Shown: one piece after another, positions 26,297 through 33,512 of the stretch | Position numbering within the stretch: position 1 is the stretch's first letter | Layout: every line of letters starts with the position of its first letter | Assembly (NCBI GenBank): GCA_021432655.1 | Contig: MU271669.1 | Span: 1 to 33,512 of the forward strand | Direction: 5' to 3' | DNA: 33,512 nucleotides | From: Atractiella rhizophila | Lineage: Eukaryota | The notes under the pieces: generated by a model | What the model was told of the DNA's origin: nothing | Databases searched by the model: none | What the model saw: only the letters and a program-made list of their open reading frames with translations | Program-made: the position numbers and the translations under genes

Positions 26297-29129
26297 ATGA
26301 GAAGGATGTTGGGGACGACTCTCCTAGCAACCCTCGCTTCTTTTGCCTCGGTCGACATTGTCTATGCTCAGGCAGACCCTATCGCTCAGATTCGAGTGGA
26401 CCCTGCTAAAGCAGAGCTGATTGGGAAGCTGAAGAATGCGGCGACCTATGTGGATCGGTGAGTTGTCTCCTGCCTTCGGTCATTGTCAGGAAGAGCACTT
26501 GTTGACATTGATGTGAAGGGAGAACCTCATCGCTTCCTCAGGTATGTTCCTTATCCCTTCATCCACCAAGCTGCTGAATAGAGACATCAGGCGAATCTTA
26601 CGTCTTTGATTTCATCAATTCGCCGTGCGTCCTCATTGTTAATGCGACGTGAATACTGAAAGGCACCAGGTTGACGGGAGGAACTGGAAAGGATGGGTTC
26701 TTTACGGTCTGTAGTCCTAAATGATGACCAGAATGAAAACTGATCGTACTGCAGCTCGCGTACGATGGCAACTTCCCAGGAGGTGTTAAGCAAGGAATGT
26801 CAGCCGCCTTCTTCGTCCTCGGTCCCTGCGGACAAATAGCGCCTCATTCTCACCCTCGAGGAACCGAGTTTCTATATCTCATTGCTGGTGGGCCTATGCG
26901 ATTTGGCATCAATTTCGAAGCCGGTGGACCCGTCGCATATGAGTTTCTGCAGCCTGGTCAAGCTGTAATGCTTCCAGCGGGATCGATGCATTATGGCGGT
27001 GTCCTTGGTTGCGACCCTTCAGTCGTTATTGCTATGTTCAAGTGCGTCGTCCCTGAGAGCTTGAGAGCGTGACTGACCATTACTGTGACAGTTCAGAAGA
27101 TCCTGGTTTCCAGTTAACCAACTTTGCTTTCTTCGGATTCGACAACGAAGCAATTTCAGCCTCATTGGGTCAAGCAGGAGCGACGATTTTGGACCCATCG
27201 ACCTTCCCCAATGCGCTCAACCTTGGCTTCGAGAGCTGTCGTGCGCAATGCAACCTTCCTGACGATTATGACATCTCCACCTTGTCTAAGCTTCAGGTCA
27301 TTGAAGCTGCCTTTGCCGCCTTCTCTGAACGTCAGAAGTCCGGAAATCTGGATACAACTGCGTCCTCAAACTATACCAATGGTCCTTCAGATTTTGCTGC
27401 TGGACTACCATTACCACCTAAAGGTGGGTTGACTGTCCTAAAGGCATACCATAACGCTGAAGAGTTCTATAGTTTCTGGAGATTCGACAATTGGCGGGTA
27501 CTCTGCCTCCGGTAACAAGACTGCTTCCGCAAACGGTACCTCCAAGGCGAAAAGCGCTGGAATTTCATCCTCGTCAACGACCTCAACATCCTCAAACACC
27601 ACTGCGTCCTCGAGCTCTGAAGGGAAGATCGCTCCTCCCGCCGGAGTACTGGCTAACGATCCTTCTCTCGCTTATGTTGGAGCGGGAGCAACCCAATCCC
27701 CTGACAAGATTTGCGAAGACATCTTCATCCCTGTAGACGTGAACATTGCGAACGTTGACATCACGTTTCCAACCCCTGCCGACGCTTACGACTTGCACGA
27801 TTTCTTCACGGAGTATGTCAGCAATAAGGGAAACACTTCTGCTCATATTGGCAAGAATCCTAATAACATCAACACGACGTACACGCTAGGTGCAACCCTC
27901 TGCACCCCTACTGATAAATCCGCCGGAAAGTGGTCAACCATCTTCCATCTCTCCCACGGACCAGGCTTCGATAGACGGTTTTACGATCTATATACTAATG
28001 ACCCAACTAATACCACGTATTCCTTTGTTAACGCGCTCAATGTGCAAGGCTACTCGACTCTTGCTCTGGACCTCTTGGGAGTAGGTGCCAGCGATACGCC
28101 TGATGGGATCACAGATGTTCAGTTCCCCGTATTCATAGAAATGGCGCATCAGATCAACCTTAAGCTCAAAGCTGGACAAATCGGAAGCAATGCAACGCAG
28201 TACCAGAACATTGTTCACGTTGGACATGCTTCAGGCTCCTCGTTAGGAAACGGGCTCATGATTCTGGTAATGTGTTGATTATTACTTGAAAGAGACGTCT
28301 AATCGCAAGCATTGTGCAGCACCCCGACGATCTTGCAGCTAGTATCTTCACTGGTTACTCACACAACGCGACTGCCGTTCGCACATTCTTTTCGAATTAC
28401 AATCCTCAGATTCCGAGCGTATGTGCTTCATTGATCCATCTGTTCTTCATCCCGTTTCACCGTATTCTAACGATGGCTCCAGCAAGGTGGCGTAAGGATT
28501 CTCTTTGTTTTTGATATCACCAATTGCTCATGATTTTGTAAAGGCTGGACTGGACTCTAGTGTTTCCGGTGCGGACAACTCCTACATCGTCTTTGGAAAT
28601 CAGTTCAACCTCCAGACTGCCTTCTTCGTTAGTAGTTTAGCTGCTTCTCCCCATCACCCAATGTTGATATTTGATTTGTGGGTAGAAAAGGCCTCAATAT
28701 GAAAAGAGCGTGGTTAACGCGGTCTACGCTCGACGAGCCCCGTTCCCCATTGGTGGCCTCTTTACTGTAGGGACCACCATTGCAGCAGCGCCAAATTACA
28801 CGGGCGCAGTCATGTTTGTCACTGGCCAGGTGAGCTTTTGCGCTCCTATGCAGAGACTACGCTAATAGAATACAACAGAACGACCTTCCCTTCTGTGGCG
28901 GTAAATGAGTTTCATGATCTCTGAAGCCGCCGCTCACGTTGCAACATCAGGTTTCTGTGGTTATGGTGATGAGTACGTCCTACGTATCGAACCTGGTCTA
29001 TTCAAAGCTGCGAAGGACGTGACAACCTACTCTCCTGTTCTGACAGGCCATGGTGCCTTCTTCCACACCAACTTTGTCTCAGACGTTCTCCCCAACATTT
29101 GGAATTTCTTGTCTCGAAATGGTCTCTGA
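26297..29129 (+). CDS. Secreted spherulin/germin-like cupin fused via an S/T-rich linker to an alpha/beta-hydrolase-fold domain
   Basis: Signal peptide MRRMLGTTLLATLASFASVDIVYA; PCGQIAPHSHPRGTEF and LPAGSMH germin boxes, FNSEDPG; frame continuous through the linker into LSHGPGFDRRFYD, GYSTLALDLLGVGAS, VHVGHASGS, GQNDLPFC, TGHGAFFH. Confidence 0.85.
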
Positions 29130-29311
29130 GGAGAAGGTGGTAGCGTTGGATAAACTGCTCAAGTAGGATTGTTCTATGTCTTTCACGGTGCCGCAGAGGT
29201 ATCTGTCGTTTTATTACTTCGGTATTGGAATACAGCTGTGTAACTCGATACTAGTCCTGAAGGTACTACTGTCCGTTCTGTTCACCTATTTACATGAAGG
29301 TCTTCAAAATG

Positions 29312-30544
29312 TCACCATGGTATGACAAGGCTTACATCCTTCCGTACATAAGCGATCAAATCTCTCGAGCTATATGCCACTATTCTCGTCCGCTGAGGCA
29401 AATTCACCATGATCAAGTCCCGGTCTCGTGAGAGGGGGACGTGTATCTCTTCGAGTGCTGGCCAGTTAACTAGATGCCTCAACATCCGGACAGGAGAGTG
29501 ACCAGTGTCGCCTTTTCTCAGCCCAAGGTATAACCGTACAATGGGAGTATCGATGAAACAATCGAAGAATTTTTGAACATGCTCCTTCCCATCAACACAT
29601 GCTTCATGATTAGAGTACGGCACGAGGGACCTATCTAATTTGAGCTCCTTCAAATTCGGCATTCGCAGGCGAGGACACTCCTCAAGAAAGCTCGAGCAAT
29701 CAACTACGCAATCTAAATGGATAGATTCCAGAGTTTCCGCCGAAGCTTTGATGATTTCGAGAACTTGGTACGACGAGGTGGGATATTCCGACTTCCTTGA
29801 AAGCTTAAAAGAACGCAGAGTTGTTGGCCATAGATGTAGCGTGTCCACAAACGGGTAGTTCATGTCATAGTCCATGGTAAACTCGAAGTGTTGGAGGTTT
29901 CGAAAATGTCGATGAGCAAACTGGAGAACAGAGTGGTCGAAAAGTCCAACTATGATCAGGTCCGTTAATTTCTCATAAATTTGAGTTGAAGAACTAGAAA
30001 GGTCCCATCGAATGTAATCGCAAATGGATCGATCCCAGTCGAGATATACTCTGTTGCGGGTTTGAAAGAGTATTTGCATCAGTTTGGAAAAGAAAAGTGG
30101 TATTCTGGCCGCACTAGTTTCCGCAGACAGCCCTGAAAATTTAAGGAAGATATCTCTCGTTCGTGGTGGTAAAAGCGTGAGGCAGGAAGCGAGATAATGA
30201 ACGATTTTGGCAGTGAAAGCAGCTTCGTTGAGATGAATGAGTACACTTTGAATGTGTTTTCTGCGATCTGCGCGTAAGGATCCTCCTAAAGGCTCTAGAT
30301 ATCGTTTTGAGCCAGGAGTAAGGCCTTCATTAGGTGTAAACCGTAACATGTTGAAGATGTACGGAATTGCTTGTTCGCGAATGGTTGAGCAGGTCATAGA
30401 GAGGAAAAGAAGGGCTCTCAAATTCAGCCGACGCTCTGCAGCATCTTGTAAAAGTCGAGAGTAAAAGAGTTGCCGGATGACTAGAAGCCGAAGTTCAGCT
30501 GGCAGACCGTCAAAATTGGCCATTCTTCCAGAAGCTATGTTCAT
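29312..30544 (-). CDS. Intronless F-box-like / LRR-like protein (410 aa; alternative start 30523)
   Basis: Single long ORF; N-terminal FDGLPAELRLLVIRQL..L..LSMTC F-box-like pattern, then LxxLxL repeats (LRSFKL, LESIHL, MPNLKELKL, WPALEEIHV). Confidence 0.7.
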   Translation of the reverse strand: MNIASGRMANFDGLPAELRLLVIRQLFYSRLLQDAAERRLNLRALLFLSMTCSTIREQAIPYIFNMLRFTPNEGLTPGSKRYLEPLGGSLRADRRKHIQSVLIHLNEAAFTAKIVHYLASCLTLLPPRTRDIFLKFSGLSAETSAARIPLFFSKLMQILFQTRNRVYLDWDRSICDYIRWDLSSSSTQIYEKLTDLIIVGLFDHSVLQFAHRHFRNLQHFEFTMDYDMNYPFVDTLHLWPTTLRSFKLSRKSEYPTSSYQVLEIIKASAETLESIHLDCVVDCSSFLEECPRLRMPNLKELKLDRSLVPYSNHEACVDGKEHVQKFFDCFIDTPIVRLYLGLRKGDTGHSPVRMLRHLVNWPALEEIHVPLSRDRDLIMVNLPQRTRIVAYSSRDLIAYVRKDVSLVIPW

Positions 30545-31868
30545 ACCGACGAGCAGTCAGTCTCAGCGAACTGGAGATACTGCTGACCTACCTAGCAGAC
30601 CACGACCGTCGTTTCCTGCATCTCTTTCCGTTCCATTTTTTGCAACAAGAGTAAAGCGACCCTTGTGTCCCTTCATCGACAAGGAATCGCCGTCCTCCTC
30701 GCGTCCTTGTCCTTGTTCTAATCGCCGGACGTGGCACAAAGCGACAAGCGCACGGATAACGACGCACAGACTCTCCATTGTTTCAATGCAAGCCCGAAAA
30801 TGGTCTAATATGCTATCTTACAACCAGGGCTTGACCTCCTGGTGACCTGGAGAGGTCTCTGAACTCATGGAAGCTCGTTAAGTTTAAAAGGTTTCATCCG
30901 CAAGAATCTGGAAGCTGGAAAGACGCGACTCTTTGATGTTGTTTGGTTGGAAACGTCTCGAAACAACCCTCGATTTGGCAAAGTTATACAAAAATTGGGA
31001 CAGATTTTCACTGTCCGGTTCTAGATTGCACTCAGTGGACCAGCTTAGAAAATATTTACACGCTTCATCCCGGGGAAGATCCTGAATCACAGGTTGCACC
31101 TTAGTTCGTATCGCCAGTATGGAAAGAGGGAAATATAAGAGACAGTTTCAATCCGAGCTTTCCTCCGGGTAGCTCGTGAGAGGTTGAAAGTAGGTTTGAA
31201 GGTTTTCTCAACCCGCCTAACGGAAACTTTCACTCCGTAATTATCGCAAGATGAGAATCATCTGTTAGGAGGTTAGACTCATACAGGTCTAGCATCCTTT
31301 GGGGCAGAAGGAAGAAGTCCACAACCCTGGTTGAGCAACGGATGAGGGACAGTTCCACTGGTGTGGAACTTGAAGCACAAACTTGACCCAATTATCCAAG
31401 TTGGTAGAAAAGAACAGCAGTGACGTGCGCTGTGATTGTATGAATCGCAATCTGACAGGATCGAGGATAAACAAACCAGCAAACAAACGTTACAACAACC
31501 GCGCAGTTTGGAAGTGACCAGCGTAACCAGGGAGTAAACGTCATGTTTGTGTCCCTTTGAACAAGCTGGAAATATGGAGTTCTTGTTGTCATAACGTTGT
31601 CCAAAGTCCAAAGATGGAAACAATTTCATACATTCTGAACCTCCATCAAATGGTCCGTCACGCAGTTGTGGAGTGTCGCGGTGGAGCAAAGATGTTTCAA
31701 GTTATGGGGGCAAGAAGAGGACCAACCAAATTCCCCTTCACATCGCAGCTCCTTAAGGATGGACTCACGCCGTTCCCATCTACCTTGGACGCACAACGAG
31801 TCCGTCCTCCTTGTTCCTCCCTTTCTTGCATCAAAGTCCAAAGCGCTGACTCCTCTCACTCCACAAGT

Positions 31869-32255
31869 TTAACCAAGCACGAGTGCATATGCAATTACGA
31901 AAATATTGATCGGTATAAGAGGTACTACACCGCATTCGATCAGCATTTCTTTTCTTCAGGTGTAGAAAGCCAAAGAGTGCCTACTTCGCATGAGCGTCCT
32001 AACAGCCCCAATAAGCTGTATAATCCTCAACTTAATGCCAGGGCCGGTGGGGTCACCATTCGGGTCATAAGAGAACTCTTGACGGTGTGCAGCAGGGTTG
32101 GAGGACCAGCCAACTGTTTCCCATCCATGAAGTACACCCATTGAGACTTTGTCGAAATACGCACTACGGGCCAAAAAGCGCTCTTCTGAGAGCACTGCGA
32201 CGGCGTTAATGAGTAGGAGGATAACGTAGAAGAGGGAACCAATGGCTAATGACAT
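31869..32255 (-). CDS. YOS1: Yos1/IER3IP1 ER-Golgi trafficking protein
   Basis: MSLAIGSLFYVILLLINAVAVLSEERFLAR|IGWS...LIGAVRTLMR|IPLIPINIFVIAYALVLG*; 3 exons. Confidence 0.94.
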
Positions 32256-32321
32256 CTTGCCTGCTCCCGAAATCGTTGAATTCGTCTTCTGGTTCCACGA
32301 CTTCGCATTTGTCAACTCATG

Positions 32322-32334
32322 GTCACGTGATTGG
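32322..32334. promoter_or_regulatory. GTCACGTGA bHLH site overlapping an ATTGG (CCAAT) box in a divergent promoter
   Basis: GTCACGTGATTGG between the YOS1 and HNT3 start codons. Confidence 0.4.
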
Positions 32335-32448
32335 TATTGCACGATCTTTATTCTCTATTCCTCTTCTTCTCTTCATAACGCTTTGAGTCTCGACACTGAG
32401 TTTGTTCGATAACTTGGCAGTCGCTAGCGCGCTATAGGTAGAAGAATT

Positions 32449-33512
32449 ATGGCTGCTCTCCTCGCACTCGAGAACTACGCAAAGTCAAAGGATCCGCCAA
32501 AAGAGCTCGGGAAGGGTTGGTTCTTTCGCTTCTCCCTTCATTAGCAACCTTTCTAACGGCATTACATAGATTTGTATCTTGTGCACGACGAGAAGACGTC
32601 AGTTATCTTTTCTTTGGAGCAGCAACTGGATGGAGACAAATGACTTCGCATTGGGATTACAGGTTAACAATTTACGACTGTTATCCCAAAGCAAAATATC
32701 ACTTTTTAATCATGCGTGCGCCATCTGTCTATTTTTTTTCATCTGAGCTTACATTTCTTCAGCTCGGTTACCATCTCCTTTCCCTGACGTCCCCGCTTCC
32801 TCTCTTTCATCTCTCCGCTCTCTCCTTTCCAGCGCTACCGTGCCCCGGTCCAAGGTCGTTGAAGTGCTGGAGTATTTGCGAGATAAGGCGGAAGATTTAA
32901 AGAAAATAATTGAGGAACGTATGGTGAAGGAGGAAGGGTTTAAGTGGGATATTCAGGTGGGATTTCATGCATCGGAGAGTATGAAGCATCTACATCTTGT
33001 ATATCCTTTTCCTTCGCTCTTTCTCCTTGAAACATTTGCTCTTCTCTCACGTACTCAACTATCCCTTGGTTTCTGGTTGATAGCACGTCATATCTACGGA
33101 CTTCCAAAGCGACCGTTTAAAGCACAAGAAACATTGGAACTCCTTCCACCCGGAGCTAGGTTCATGCTTTCCTTCCCCCTTTCCGTCCAGTAATTCTTAT
33201 CTTTGGCTATGAAAAAATGAAAACAGGCTTCTTTCTCCACCTTTCAGACCTCCTCGAAAACCTTTCATATCCAGAATATACACTCAAAACCAAACTCACA
33301 TACGAAATGAAACTAAAGGACCCGCTAATTTGCCATGTGGAGGGTTGTGAGAAAGAATTCAGCACCTTCCCAGCACTGAAGAAGCATGTGGCTGAAGAGT
33401 GGGAGAAGAGGAAAAAGGAGGGGCTGAAGGAGAAGAAGAGAGTGGAGAAGAGGAAGGCGGAGGAAGTGGATGAGGAAGAAAAAAGCGAGAATGAGAAGAA
33501 AGACAGGAAGAG
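32449..33512 (+). CDS. HNT3: Aprataxin (HIT domain + zinc finger), truncated by the window end
   Basis: IYDCYPKAKYHFLIM, GFHASESMKHLHL|HVIS, LKHKKHWNSF, CHVEGC...LKKHVAEE. Confidence 0.92.

Noticed and set aside
31557..32144. 195-aa plus-strand ORF
   Set aside because: Non-ATG start, overlaps YOS1 antisense, no recognisable domain.
17982..33512. DNA-repair gene cluster (RAD3, AlkB-like, aprataxin)
   Set aside because: Interspersed with unrelated genes, and ALKBH7-type proteins are not established DNA repair enzymes; likely chance.

Overview
Eukaryotic, intron-dense fungal DNA (most introns ~45-80 nt, GT..AG with CTRAY-like branch points; probably a basidiomycete, by inference). Splicing by eye supports: C1-THF synthase (ADE3/MIS1), an AhpC/TSA-2 thioredoxin-fold protein, complex I subunit NDUFA11, a decayed pseudogene, SAP30-like and SPO12-like genes (both with apparent indels next to a 71-N gap), a rhomboid protease, RAD3/XPD plus a 1.9-kb tandem partial copy, an ALKBH7-like dioxygenase, an Rkm3/SETD6-like methyltransferase, a secreted cupin + alpha/beta-hydrolase fusion, an intronless F-box-like gene, YOS1 and aprataxin (HNT3). 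The main unexplained signals are three oversized, helix-rich introns (420, 1012, 549 nt; one with an internal CAG|GT ratchet-like site), a tandem 5'-splice-site / U1-5'-end mimic array, a RAD3 duplicate differing only at synonymous or intronic sites, and a Ser->Ala nucleophile change in the fusion protein. All structures and exon models were read manually, with no folding or database search.
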